Shown: positions 19,388-28,671 of the stretch, in pieces | How positions within the stretch are numbered: position 1 is the stretch's first letter | How the letters are laid out: every line of letters begins with the position of its first letter | Assembly: GCA_965243135.1 (NCBI GenBank) | Contig: OZ251539.1 | Span: forward strand, 2,368,001-2,432,000 | Length of the DNA: 64,000 bases | DNA from: Alphaproteobacteria bacterium | Lineage (GTDB): Bacteria > Pseudomonadota > Alphaproteobacteria > MPNO01 > UBA830 | Direction: 5' to 3' | Made by a program: the position numbers and the translations under genes | The notes under the pieces: generated by a model | The model's input: the letters and a program-made list of their open reading frames with translations, nothing else | What the model was told of the DNA's origin: nothing | Database searches by the model: none

Positions 19388-20302
19388 CTACTTCTTCTTC
19401 GGCAGAAACCTGTCGACGTTGGCCGAATCCACGAGAACGTGGTCGACATAGACCTTCCGATCGAACTGGCGGCCCTTCAGTTGCGCATCCATCGTATCGA
19501 CGCCGAGAATTCCCCACGCGACCGGATTTAGCGCCACCGTGAGGCCCATGTCCCCGCGCTTGACCGCGAACCTCGCCGGCGGAATGCCGTTCATCCCGGT
19601 AACGATCACCTTCCCTTTCAAGCCGGCCGCCGCGACGGCCTGCGCCGCGCCCAATCCGAGCTCGTCGTTGGCGCCGTAGATCGCGTCGAGATCCGGGTGG
19701 GCGACCAAGGCGTCTTCGCTGTACTTCAGGCCGTTCTCGCGGGTGAGCAGCATCTCGTGGCGGAACACGATCTCTATCCCCGGATGCTTCGCCATTTCGT
19801 CCGCGTAACCGGCGGCGAAGTTGATGAAGGCCTGCGCGCCCGCCGGGCCGGCCAGCATCGCGACCTTCCCCTTGCCGTCCAGCCGTTCGGCGGTCCACGC
19901 GGCGATCTCGCCTCCGACGAGGGTTTCGTTCACCGCGATGTGGAGCAACTGATCCTTGCAGGCGGAACCGCGCGCGATCGACATCATGGGAATCCCCGCC
20001 TGCTTCGCCTTCGTATACGCGGAACACAACGCGCGCGCGTCGATCGGCGAAATCAGAATGCCGTCGACCTTCTTGGCGATCAGGTCGCCTACCCCGTTCA
20101 ACTGCTTCGCAATGTCTTCCTCCGCATTCACCACGGACACCTCGTGACCGAGCTCCGCAGCCCGCTTCTTCATGCCGTCGAGCATCGCGATGTAAAACGG
20201 ATTGGTGTCGGAGGCGAGCGCGACGCCGATCGTTCCCGCATTCGCGCTTCCCCAACCGGCCGCAAGCCACGCCGCGGCGGCAATCGCAATAAATTTCCTC
20301 AT
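19388..20302 (-). CDS. Sugar (ribose-type) ABC transporter substrate-binding protein
   Basis: Signal peptide; NPFY, KVDGILISP and AIYGANDELGLGA (PBP1 fold). Confidence 0.9.
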   Translation of the reverse strand: MRKFIAIAAAAWLAAGWGSANAGTIGVALASDTNPFYIAMLDGMKKRAAELGHEVSVVNAEEDIAKQLNGVGDLIAKKVDGILISPIDARALCSAYTKAKQAGIPMMSIARGSACKDQLLHIAVNETLVGGEIAAWTAERLDGKGKVAMLAGPAGAQAFINFAAGYADEMAKHPGIEIVFRHEMLLTRENGLKYSEDALVAHPDLDAIYGANDELGLGAAQAVAAAGLKGKVIVTGMNGIPPARFAVKRGDMGLTVALNPVAWGILGVDTMDAQLKGRQFDRKVYVDHVLVDSANVDRFLPKKK

Positions 20303-20348
20303 GATTCGAACCTCCCTCGTCAGTCTATCATGAAGGCTCTTGCGAGGC

Positions 20349-21302
20349 CTATCCTCTGCGCAGCCGGTCGGCGGCCGCGGCGGCGACGATGACGGCGCCG
20401 ACCGCGACTTGCTGCCAGTAGGAATGAACGTTGGCCAGATTGAGCGCGTTGGCGAGCACGATCATGATGAACACTCCAATGACGGTCTTGTAGAGCTTTC
20501 CTTCGCCTCCGAACAGCGACGCTCCGCCGAGAACGACGGCGGCGATAGCCGTCAATTCGTAGAAAATGCCCGCGGTCGGCTGGCCGGACTGCAGACGCGA
20601 ACACAGCATGACCCCTCCGGTTCCCGCGAGAGCGCCGCACCAGACGTACGCCGACATGCGGACTCTGACGATGTCGACGCCCGCGAGATACGCCGCTTCG
20701 GCGTTGCCGCCCGTCGCGAATATACGCAGCCCGTAGGCCGTGCGATGCAACATCCAGTGAAACGCGACGAAGACCGCCACCGGGAACAGAACGAGATAGG
20801 GAATGCCGAAAAGACGCTCGATCGCGAAGTCGAGAAACGGTCCGGGCAATCCCTCGTCGCCGACGACGGGACGCCCTCCGGTGATCAGAAACGTCGCGCC
20901 GCGAAAGGCGACCATGGTGCCCAGGGTGGCGATGAACGGGTTGACGTCGAGCCTGGTGACGATCAGCCCGTTGACGAGCCCGACGCCGGCTCCGACCAGG
21001 ATGCCCGCGGCAACGCCCGCGACGGCGCCGAACTCCAGCATTGCCATCGCGGCGACGCAGCCCGACAGGGCGACCACCGACCCGACGGAGAGATCGAAGC
21101 CGCCGCACACGATCACGTAGGTCATCCCGATCGCGATGACCGTCATGACGGCGCCCTGCACGAGCACGTTGTTGATGTTGATGGGCGACAGGAAACGCGA
21201 AGACAACAAGGCGGCGACCACGCAAAGCGCGATCAGGGCGAGCAGCGGCATCTGGTTCCAGAGGACCGTCTTCGTCCCTGCGTTCCGCCATGCAATCCGC
21301 AT
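20349..21302 (-). CDS. Sugar ABC transporter permease (RbsC-like)
   Basis: GMTYVIVCGGFDLSVGS, PFIATLG, YELTAIAAVVLGGASLFGGEG. Confidence 0.92.
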   Translation of the reverse strand: MRIAWRNAGTKTVLWNQMPLLALIALCVVAALLSSRFLSPININNVLVQGAVMTVIAIGMTYVIVCGGFDLSVGSVVALSGCVAAMAMLEFGAVAGVAAGILVGAGVGLVNGLIVTRLDVNPFIATLGTMVAFRGATFLITGGRPVVGDEGLPGPFLDFAIERLFGIPYLVLFPVAVFVAFHWMLHRTAYGLRIFATGGNAEAAYLAGVDIVRVRMSAYVWCGALAGTGGVMLCSRLQSGQPTAGIFYELTAIAAVVLGGASLFGGEGKLYKTVIGVFIMIVLANALNLANVHSYWQQVAVGAVIVAAAAADRLRRG

Positions 21303-22768
21303 CACCGTCCCCCCAGCAGTTCCCGCAATCTGCCCTCCGTGTACTCGCCGTCGCGAGTCAGCTTCGCGACCGCCTCGCCGGCCCGGAGGACGATGACGCG
21401 ATCGCTCGCCGAAATCACTTCGATCAATTCGGAAGATGCGAACAGGATGCCGCCGCCCTGCGCCGCGAACCGGTCCATCAGGCGATGAATCTGGGCCTTT
21501 GCGGCGACATCGATTCCATGGGTCGGCTCGTCGAGCAGCAAGACGGTCGCTTGCCCGGCAAGCCAGCGGGCGAAGACGACCTTCTGCTGGTTGCCGCCGG
21601 ACAGTTCGCGAACCGGCCTGTCCGGATCGCGGGGCCGGATGTCCAATTTTTCCATCAGATCGTCGACGAGGTCGTCGACGGCGCGCCTGTCGAGACCCAG
21701 CGGGCGGGCAAAACGGGCGAGATTCGGCAAAACGACGTTCTCCCGCACGGTCAACCCCATAACCAGTCCCAACGCCCGTTCCCCGGGCACCAGGCCCAAG
21801 CCGCGCCCGATGGCGTCCTTCGGACTGCGCAACGGCGTCGAAACGCCGTTTATCCGTACGGACCCGCGAACCGCGCCGTAGAGACGTTTCAGCACGTCGG
21901 CAGCGCCGCTGCCGAGAAGCCCGGCGAGTCCCACGACCTCGCCGACGCCAACCTCGACGCCGACGCCCTCGAGCAGGGCGCCGCCATTCCGTCCGCGATC
22001 GCCGCGGTGCAGACTCCGCCGGAGGTCGCGCCCCGTCATCAGTTCCGCCATGTCCCGCTGCGTGAACTCGCCGCGTCGGCCTTCCCCCACCTTGCGCCCG
22101 TCGCGCAACACCGTGACGCGATCCGCGATCCGTTCCACTTCGTCCAGACGATGCGACACGTAGATCAGGCCGACGCCCTCCCGCTTGAGAGCTTGAATCA
22201 CGTCGAACAGCCTGTCGACCTCGCGCGCTTCGAGCGACGCCGTCGGCTCGTCGAGCACAAGAATCCTGGCGTCGGAAGCGAGCGCTCGCGCAATCATTAC
22301 GAGCTGGCGTTCCGCATATCCGAGAGCGCCGACGGCCGCGTCGACGTCGACCTCCAGATCGAGCCGCCCGACAAGCTCGGCGGCGGCGGCGCGCAGGACG
22401 GAACGGTCGATTTCCCGCAGCAGTCCCAACCGCGACCTGACCGGGATTCGTCCGAGAAGCACGTTCTCGGCAACGGTCCGCGCAGGCACGACATGCATTT
22501 CCTGAGGAATGACCACGATGCCGGAGCGGATGGCTTCGCCCGGGGTGGCGTGTTCGACCCGCCGGCCGCCGAGCCTGATTTCTCCCGCGTCCGGCCTGTG
22601 CACGCCGCCGAAAATCTTCACCAGGGTCGACTTGCCAGCGCCGTTCTCGCCGATCAGGGCGTGGACTTCGCCGCGCCGGACCTCGAAGGAGACGTCGTCC
22701 AGAGCGCGGGTCGCGAGAAAGTTCTTCGAGATCCCGTGCGCGACCGCAAGGGGAAGCGAAGCGTTCAA
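21302..22768 (-). CDS. Sugar ABC transporter ATP-binding protein (RbsA-like, two ABC domains)
   Basis: GENGAGKST, LVLDEPT and second-domain LSGGNQQKV..LLDEPT; TTG start overlaps the upstream hydrolase stop. Confidence 0.92.
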   Translation of the reverse strand: MNASLPLAVAHGISKNFLATRALDDVSFEVRRGEVHALIGENGAGKSTLVKIFGGVHRPDAGEIRLGGRRVEHATPGEAIRSGIVVIPQEMHVVPARTVAENVLLGRIPVRSRLGLLREIDRSVLRAAAAELVGRLDLEVDVDAAVGALGYAERQLVMIARALASDARILVLDEPTASLEAREVDRLFDVIQALKREGVGLIYVSHRLDEVERIADRVTVLRDGRKVGEGRRGEFTQRDMAELMTGRDLRRSLHRGDRGRNGGALLEGVGVEVGVGEVVGLAGLLGSGAADVLKRLYGAVRGSVRINGVSTPLRSPKDAIGRGLGLVPGERALGLVMGLTVRENVVLPNLARFARPLGLDRRAVDDLVDDLMEKLDIRPRDPDRPVRELSGGNQQKVVFARWLAGQATVLLLDEPTHGIDVAAKAQIHRLMDRFAAQGGGILFASSELIEVISASDRVIVLRAGEAVAKLTRDGEYTEGRLRELLGGR

Positions 22769-23589
22769 TGCGCCGCCATCCACGCGACAGCGCGCGGCGC
22801 CCAAGGCCCGTCGGCCTCGCCTCCGGCGAGGCTGGCGCCGAAATGATCCCTCGCGTCCAGAACCACGACCTCGGCATCGCCGCCGACGCTCCGCAACGTC
22901 GCCGCCATCGCTTCGGCCTGCGTCTTCAAATGGGGAAAATCCTCTCCGCCGTAGGCGATCAGAAACGAACACGGCCGTTCCTTCACGTGGAGAACGGGGC
23001 TCGCGTCCCGATCGTTTTCCTCCGCGCCGAGAAACCGCGGGCGCATCGACAGGCCCGATCCCTCCCCGAACATGTAGACGCCGGAAATGGGCAGGCAGCC
23101 GCGGATCGCGTCCGGGGGAAGATCCCGCGTTCGCCGCCATTCTTCGGTGACCGCCAGCAGGGACGCGTAGTGACCGCCCGCGGAATGGCCGCCGACGAAC
23201 AGACGGGACGGATCTCCCCCGTATCGATGGATTTCCCGGAAAACCAGGGCGATCGCGTCGGCCACGTCGTCCCGTCCGGCGGGAAAAACGTGGAGCGGCG
23301 CGAGACGATATCCGACGGAGCAGAACGTGACGCCTTGGGACAGGAGCGCCGGCGCCATGAAGTTCATGTGCTCCTTGTAGCCCGAGGTCCATCCGCCGCC
23401 GTGCACGAAAACCAGCACGTCTCCGTTGGGCTCGGCGGGCGCATGAACCGCAACCGCCTGATAGGGATCGCCGCCGTAGGACAGTTCGGCGTCGGGAGCG
23501 ACGCCGGCTCCGCGCCGCGTCACTTCTTCCACGTAAGAGCGGGCGATTTCCGAAAAAGGCTCCTGCGGCGGATATTCCTCGGGCCGCAT
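22765..23589 (-). CDS. Alpha/beta hydrolase, HSL/kynurenine formamidase-like
   Basis: Oxyanion motif HGGGW, nucleophile elbow GHSAGG, C-terminal DHF. Confidence 0.85.
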   Translation of the reverse strand: MRPEEYPPQEPFSEIARSYVEEVTRRGAGVAPDAELSYGGDPYQAVAVHAPAEPNGDVLVFVHGGGWTSGYKEHMNFMAPALLSQGVTFCSVGYRLAPLHVFPAGRDDVADAIALVFREIHRYGGDPSRLFVGGHSAGGHYASLLAVTEEWRRTRDLPPDAIRGCLPISGVYMFGEGSGLSMRPRFLGAEENDRDASPVLHVKERPCSFLIAYGGEDFPHLKTQAEAMAATLRSVGGDAEVVVLDARDHFGASLAGGEADGPWAPRAVAWMAAH

Positions 23590-23592
23590 CGT

Positions 23593-24666
23593 TCAGCGGT
23601 CCACCCGTCGAACGATCATGCTTTCGTCCACGACCCTGCCCCGGTCGATGACCGTGTCGTTGTCCAGAACGACCGTGCAGCCGCGCATCGGCACGTCGTA
23701 ATGGCCTTTGGTCGTGCGAGTCCCGCCCCCTTCGCTGTTGGGGCCGGTCGAGAACAGGAAATTCCCGGCGAACGCGCGCGCCGAAGCGTAGGTGCGATCG
23801 GGGTCGTCGCCGTAGAGCGCCAGCGCGTCCCAGCGCGACTGCGGATTCAGGCCCCAACCGAGATGCGAAAGATGATGGCCGTCGAGGTCGTCCGGGTCCG
23901 CCTTGTTGTCTTCGAGCCAGTGCTCCATCAGCCTGGCGTCCATGCCGCCGGAAATCTTTCTGATGCAGCCGTCTTCGATCTCGAGGCGAATTTCGTCCTG
24001 CACGTAGCGGTTGTACGGCAGGACGACCATGTCGCCCGGCTGGACGACTACCGTGCCGCGGGCGGATTTTTCGTTGGGAAACGTGTGCACGTGGCCGGCG
24101 CCCCAGTGATCGAAGCGCCCGGGAGCGTCCGCGTACCCGTACTGAATCATGGTCGGATATTCGCCGCATTCGTAAGCCAGATCGGTCCCGGCGTCGCTCG
24201 TGACCCGGACGGAACTGGTCGCTTCGAGCCGCTTGCCGGCGCGGATCACGGCTTCGCGCAGTCCGGGAGGCGCCATGAGCTGCTCCAGATCGTCGGGGGC
24301 GTCGATGATCATCAGCACTCGCGTGCCGGCTCCGCGAACGGTCTTCATCCACCTGGTGAACAACGGAATATGGAGGCAGACGAGCATGTCCGCCGCGCAC
24401 AGGGCCTCGAGCGTCCCTTTGCAGGCGCCGATCGTCTCCACCCCGACCTTCGTCCACGACGGGATCGAATTCACGCAAAGTTCGTAAGCGTCGGCGCCCA
24501 GTTCCGACGCCGCTGCGAAAGACGCCTGCACGTATTCGCGTCTGGAGTTCAGATCGGAGAGCAGCGCGACGGTCTCGCCCTCCCTGACTTCGCACAACGC
24601 GAACTCCTCGCGGAACAACGCCGCGAGCCTGGCCGGATTCAATTCCTGCGTGCGCATGACGAGCAT
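23593..24666 (-). CDS. nicX: 2,5-dihydroxypyridine 5,6-dioxygenase-like protein (NicX/M29 fold)
   Basis: Collinear similarity to NicX as recalled: YGYADAPGRFDHW, TFPNE, SHLGWGL, ARAFAGNFLFSTGPN, GHYDVPMR (His/His/Asp Fe ligands present). The exact substrate is not certain. Confidence 0.75.
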   Translation of the reverse strand: MLVMRTQELNPARLAALFREEFALCEVREGETVALLSDLNSRREYVQASFAAASELGADAYELCVNSIPSWTKVGVETIGACKGTLEALCAADMLVCLHIPLFTRWMKTVRGAGTRVLMIIDAPDDLEQLMAPPGLREAVIRAGKRLEATSSVRVTSDAGTDLAYECGEYPTMIQYGYADAPGRFDHWGAGHVHTFPNEKSARGTVVVQPGDMVVLPYNRYVQDEIRLEIEDGCIRKISGGMDARLMEHWLEDNKADPDDLDGHHLSHLGWGLNPQSRWDALALYGDDPDRTYASARAFAGNFLFSTGPNSEGGGTRTTKGHYDVPMRGCTVVLDNDTVIDRGRVVDESMIVRRVDR

Positions 24667-25118
24667 CCTTCGTGATTGACGGTCACGCTCGCGAAGCCCC
24701 TGCCCCGAACGAATTCCGCGCACTCGAACGAGTTCGACCGGCGGCGAAGCAGGCCGACGCATGACGCCGGGCGAATCTCGGCAACGAAAAAACGCGAACC
24801 AAGGACGCCATCGAACGAACCCGAAGCATAGCGGCGTCGGCCTCGGAAGCAAAGCGCCCTCTTGCCCCGCCCGCCCGTCGAAGCCGCCCGGCGACTCGGC
24901 GAGCGCGCCGGTCCATGAAGCCCTCTTCCCGGACGAGACCGTGATCGCTGCAAGCCCTCGACGGCCTCCGCGCATTCCGCGCTTTCGACGGCGCGTCCAC
25001 GAGACTTCAGGCTATCATGAAAGGAGCCCTGTCCGCGGAACCAGGGCGAGCCACCGACGCGATTGCGGGGCCGGCGTCGGAAAATCCCCGAAAGCCGCAA
25101 AGCCGAAAGCTGCCGCCA

Positions 25119-25847
25119 TCAAACAAGAGGCACGAAATCGTCGCCCGACATCGGCTTGTGCTCGTTCCACCGGCCCTGCATCTCGATCAGAACGCGCTGC
25201 CGCGAAGGCGCAGGTTGCGGATTGATTTTCACGACGCGAGCTCCGTAACTCGGAGATTCCGTCAGCGCTGCGGCCAGTTCCCCCTCAAGATAACGCGGCG
25301 CCCAACCGATCATCTGGTAGTCTTCAGTCTGAATCTGCACTGCGATTCCGGTCGCCGGATTCGTCAATTCCAGCGCCAAGTGCAACGTTTCGTTCGCATT
25401 CAAGAAACTGATCCGTGCCCTTGCGGCGGGATTCACGCGTCGGTGGCCGAGCAGGAAAAAGCGACAGAAAAATTTTCCGTCTTCTTGCTTGACGATTTTT
25501 GGAAATACCTCGTAGTGATCGGTCACGCGGTATCCGCCGTTTACCGACAAAATTTCGAATGGATCCGCGTTATCGCCAAGGTCAAGATGGCGCAAGTAAT
25601 CGCCCCGGTCCGGTCTTCCCCGCGCGATAATGCGATTCTTGAACAATGAAAAAAGTTCGGACGACCGATAATCCTCCTCGAAATCCGGAAAATCGTATAG
25701 CGGCGGAAAGCCAACCTCCTCTTCGGCTCGCTTTGCGCCGTGGATATAACGAAACCGATAAAACGAAGGTTCGAGATCCAGCCTGCCGATCGGAAACCAT
25801 CGGCGGGACCTCTGCTTGTCCTGCCATGCCAGGAACAGAGTGTTCAT
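25119..25847 (-). CDS. HipS(HipA N-terminal)-like + HIRAN domain protein
   Basis: LFLAWQD..WFPIGRL..YRFRY..GFPPL.DFP..SSELFSLFKNR..RPDR..DPFEIL..GG.RVTD, followed by a HIRAN-like half (L.LELTNP..AVQI..IGWAPRYL). Confidence 0.82.
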   Translation of the reverse strand: MNTLFLAWQDKQRSRRWFPIGRLDLEPSFYRFRYIHGAKRAEEEVGFPPLYDFPDFEEDYRSSELFSLFKNRIIARGRPDRGDYLRHLDLGDNADPFEILSVNGGYRVTDHYEVFPKIVKQEDGKFFCRFFLLGHRRVNPAARARISFLNANETLHLALELTNPATGIAVQIQTEDYQMIGWAPRYLEGELAAALTESPSYGARVVKINPQPAPSRQRVLIEMQGRWNEHKPMSGDDFVPLV

Positions 25848-26077
25848 ACCGCGAGGCTCCGCAGTTGCTCAAGATTGTAGTTCAACAAGGCGCGGGCGAA
25901 CGATCGTTGGGACGAAGTCATCCAGCCTTCCGGCACGCGCTCGACGAGGTCGCTCAATCGTCGCGCATCCAGTTTTTCCAGTTTTCTCAACCCCGGAATC
26001 ACGAGGTCAGTATAACGTCGATGCGCCCGCCGCGCAAGTTCCAACGGCCTAGGCGCCCGCCTTTCGTTTTCGCACAC
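25844..26077 (-). pseudogene. C-terminal remnant of a HipA-like kinase
   Basis: PLELARR...LSDLVERVPEGWMTSSQRSFARALLNYNLEQL, typical of the C-terminal helices of HipA-like kinases; its TGA overlaps the HIRAN gene ATG (ATGA). Confidence 0.7.
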
Positions 26078-26133
26078 GCGTCATGCCTTTCCGCATAGCT
26101 CGACCCTTTGGAATAAGGCTATCCCGGTGCTCA

Positions 26134-26784
26134 TCAACTCTTTGTCCCGGAAAACGCACTCCGCAGACGATGGCGCACTTGAGGAACATCGTGGAACACT
26201 GCCATCCATACCGACCAAAAGCCGCTCGCCTCAGCAATCATGATCACGATGTCGACATCGGCATTTCCTTCCTCCAGCTTTTGCCGAACTTGTTCGGCTT
26301 TTCCCCAAGTCTCTTTACGTTGACGCCAACGTAAATCCTTAGCCTGTTGCAATGATCTTCTATTTCGTCGAGGGATATGATTAAGACCAACGAGTTCCAA
26401 TAGCGCTTGCGCTCGGGCGCGATCCCCAACAGATAGTTCCGCGCTCGTATTCACGATCCCATCTGACGAATACCGAAATGCCGCCTCGGTGTCGTCTTGA
26501 TCAGGCCACATGTATCCGTACCGCGACCTATTTCGATCACTCTTCCGAGAGTTGCAATTTCTGCAAGCAAGAAGAAAATTCGTCCATTCTCTTTCCAAAT
26601 TCGGACAATGAATTTTTGGTACAACATGTTCGATATCCAAATAGTACCCCTTGCGTTCGCAATAGCTGCAGTATCCCCCAATTCGGCGCAGAAGATCGTT
26701 CTTTGCGTCATGATAGGTTGAAAAAGATACCGGATTCCCTCGGTCATCCATTGGACACGGTCCTCGATCAATAGGCCGCATCAT
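26134..26784 (-). CDS. ptuB: HNH endonuclease (Septu PtuB / retron-associated type)
   Basis: MRPIDRG..GGYCSYCE..IEHVVPK..WTNFLLACRNCNSRK..WPDQD..GFWSVW; lies immediately downstream of the ATPase. Confidence 0.82.
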   Translation of the reverse strand: MMRPIDRGPCPMDDRGNPVSFSTYHDAKNDLLRRIGGYCSYCERKGYYLDIEHVVPKIHCPNLEREWTNFLLACRNCNSRKSDRNRSRYGYMWPDQDDTEAAFRYSSDGIVNTSAELSVGDRARAQALLELVGLNHIPRRNRRSLQQAKDLRWRQRKETWGKAEQVRQKLEEGNADVDIVIMIAEASGFWSVWMAVFHDVPQVRHRLRSAFSGTKS

Positions 26785-26824
26785 TAGCTCCTATTGGTTC
26801 AAACCAATTTTCCTTATGACGACT

Positions 26825-28117
26825 TCATTCAAGTCCGCCGGATTTTCTATGCATGCGCAAGAAAGCAAGATAGGCAGGGTCGTCTCCAAAGGGTTCCTCC
26901 AGATTGTCAAGTTTGTGTCGAAGATTCTTGACTTTCTCAACGTTCCGACCTTCGCCATGCTCGATAAGTTCAAAATATTCTTCCGCCGCGTGCAGCATGT
27001 TCCAAAAGCGCTTGCTCCGTTGCGGCAAATCAACCCCCATAATATTTTCGGTAACGTCCTCTATGCTTTGTCGATGTACCGGCTCCAGATAATCTGATTC
27101 CCTGTCCAGATTGGCTACAGCGCCTGACTCCATGGATTGAATAATAAAAGGCGAATGAGTTGTAGCGACAAATTGCAAACTTGGAAATGTTTCGCTGAGA
27201 TCCTGCACTACGCTTCGCTGCCATCTTGGATGAAGGTGCAGATCGATTTCATCGATCAACACAATGCCCGGTGTTTCTACATGCGCTTGTCCGCGCAAAT
27301 GTGGGTTGAGCTCGGCGCATCGTACGGCGATATCGGCGACTGTCGCTGCCATGGTCCGCTGGCCACCGCTCAGCGACCAAAGCGGAAGCCGGTGACTATC
27401 TCCAAATTCGACGACGATATCGTCTTCCTCGAAATCGAAGATGACGGAACGCGCGCCTTCGACGCATTTTGCGATCACTTGGTACACGGCGTCGAGAGTT
27501 TCCAATCTTTCGCCGTTCTGCGCTTGTATCAAAGCCAGACGCTTTACCCAAGCGGTCATGCGCTGCGCCGACGACGACGGCTCGAGACAGTTTCGATAGC
27601 CGGCATAACGAGTTTCTCTCTTTGTCGGATTCAGAAAACGCCTGTCCATAGATCTTTGCTGAATCCATAAACGGCCGGTTCCATAATATCCTATAAACGG
27701 AAATATAACATTTTCCCCACTCGTGCTCTGCCGAACCAAATCGGCCATCTTGTATCGAATATTATTTGCCTCGGAACGGGACGTCTTGCCTTTCTCTGTT
27801 CTCAATTCGCGTGACCAGAATTGCTCTTTTTCCGCAACCAATCCGTTCACTTCTATGCGGGCCGGATAATATTCAACGCATTGCCGTGTTTCACCGGATT
27901 TCCGGTAGGTGCGACGCACATCCCGACGATAGATCGATACTCCCTTCGCATCCGGTATATTGAGCAATGCAGATCCCGCCGCTACTGCCAACGCATCAAG
28001 CAGCGTTGTCTTGCCGCTTCCGTTTACGCCCACCAGCAACGTGAATCGTTTATCCAAAACAAAAGTTCGGTTTTCGAAACACCGAAAATTCTGGATTCGA
28101 AGTCGGTCTATCCGCAT
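26825..28117 (-). CDS. ptuA: AAA/ABC ATPase (Septu PtuA type)
   Basis: MRIDRLRIQNFRCF, Walker A GVNGSGKT, YYGTGRLW, LSGGQR, PGIVLIDEIDLHLHPRWQR, FPSLQFVATTHSPFII; alternative start 28150. Confidence 0.85.
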   Translation of the reverse strand: MRIDRLRIQNFRCFENRTFVLDKRFTLLVGVNGSGKTTLLDALAVAAGSALLNIPDAKGVSIYRRDVRRTYRKSGETRQCVEYYPARIEVNGLVAEKEQFWSRELRTEKGKTSRSEANNIRYKMADLVRQSTSGENVIFPFIGYYGTGRLWIQQRSMDRRFLNPTKRETRYAGYRNCLEPSSSAQRMTAWVKRLALIQAQNGERLETLDAVYQVIAKCVEGARSVIFDFEEDDIVVEFGDSHRLPLWSLSGGQRTMAATVADIAVRCAELNPHLRGQAHVETPGIVLIDEIDLHLHPRWQRSVVQDLSETFPSLQFVATTHSPFIIQSMESGAVANLDRESDYLEPVHRQSIEDVTENIMGVDLPQRSKRFWNMLHAAEEYFELIEHGEGRNVEKVKNLRHKLDNLEEPFGDDPAYLAFLRMHRKSGGLE

Positions 28118-28439
28118 TGCAGAATCATGCCAATGATTGTTAGCCGCCAAGCCAAGAGGCCGCGTCTAACGACCGTAGCAGTATAGCGGGCGAACGGTCA
28201 AGATCAGGAATCAGCAGCGAACGGAAGCATATGGCGGTCGGAATTCCCGGAAAGCAGCGGCGGGCGCATGCATGTTAAAGATCGCTGCTTGACGGAAAGA
28301 GGTGGTAATCGCTCGTGTCGGAAGCGAACTCATGGCTTCATCCCGTTTTCCAGCACCGCCGGACCGGGTGCTGCTCTACATTGTAAGACACTGTTTTTGC
28401 TTCGGAAATCGGAATTTCCACCGGCGGGCGGAGTCCGGC

Positions 28440-28568
28440 GCCTGTTCTTGCGGAAACTTGAACAACCACAGGTCGTCGCCCTTGCGACACCAAAATTTTT
28501 TCTTGGTTCCCATTTCCTCTTTATCGACGATCATGTCCGGCTTTACGTCCACGATACGGATCCGGCAC
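28440..28568 (-). pseudogene. N-terminal remnant of the HipA-like kinase
   Basis: Not in the ORF track. Manual translation gives GTG-PDPY, frameshift, IVDVKPDMIVDKEEMGTKKKFWCRKGDDLWLFKFPQE, matching the E-x-x-G-(S/T)-K-x-K-x-W...W-L-F-K start of HipA-like kinases. Confidence 0.75.
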
Positions 28569-28671
28569 GGCCGTCAGGCAGCCGGAACGCCGCCCGGTTC
28601 CGGTCGCGGGAGACAACCTGTCAGGGCGACCTCCGGACAAGCCGGCCCGGAAATTCACTCGCTCCGCCTCG

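Noticed and set aside
28130-28285. Integron attC-like site upstream of ptuA (GTTAGAC on the minus strand, nearby GGCTAAC/CTTTAAC)
   Set aside because: No correctly ordered complementary R''/R' pair with L boxes, no matching site downstream of the HNH gene, and no integrase in the window.
25119-28568. Retron (Ec78-type) system
   Set aside because: PtuAB-like genes are present, but no reverse transcriptase ORF or recognisable msr/msd was seen.
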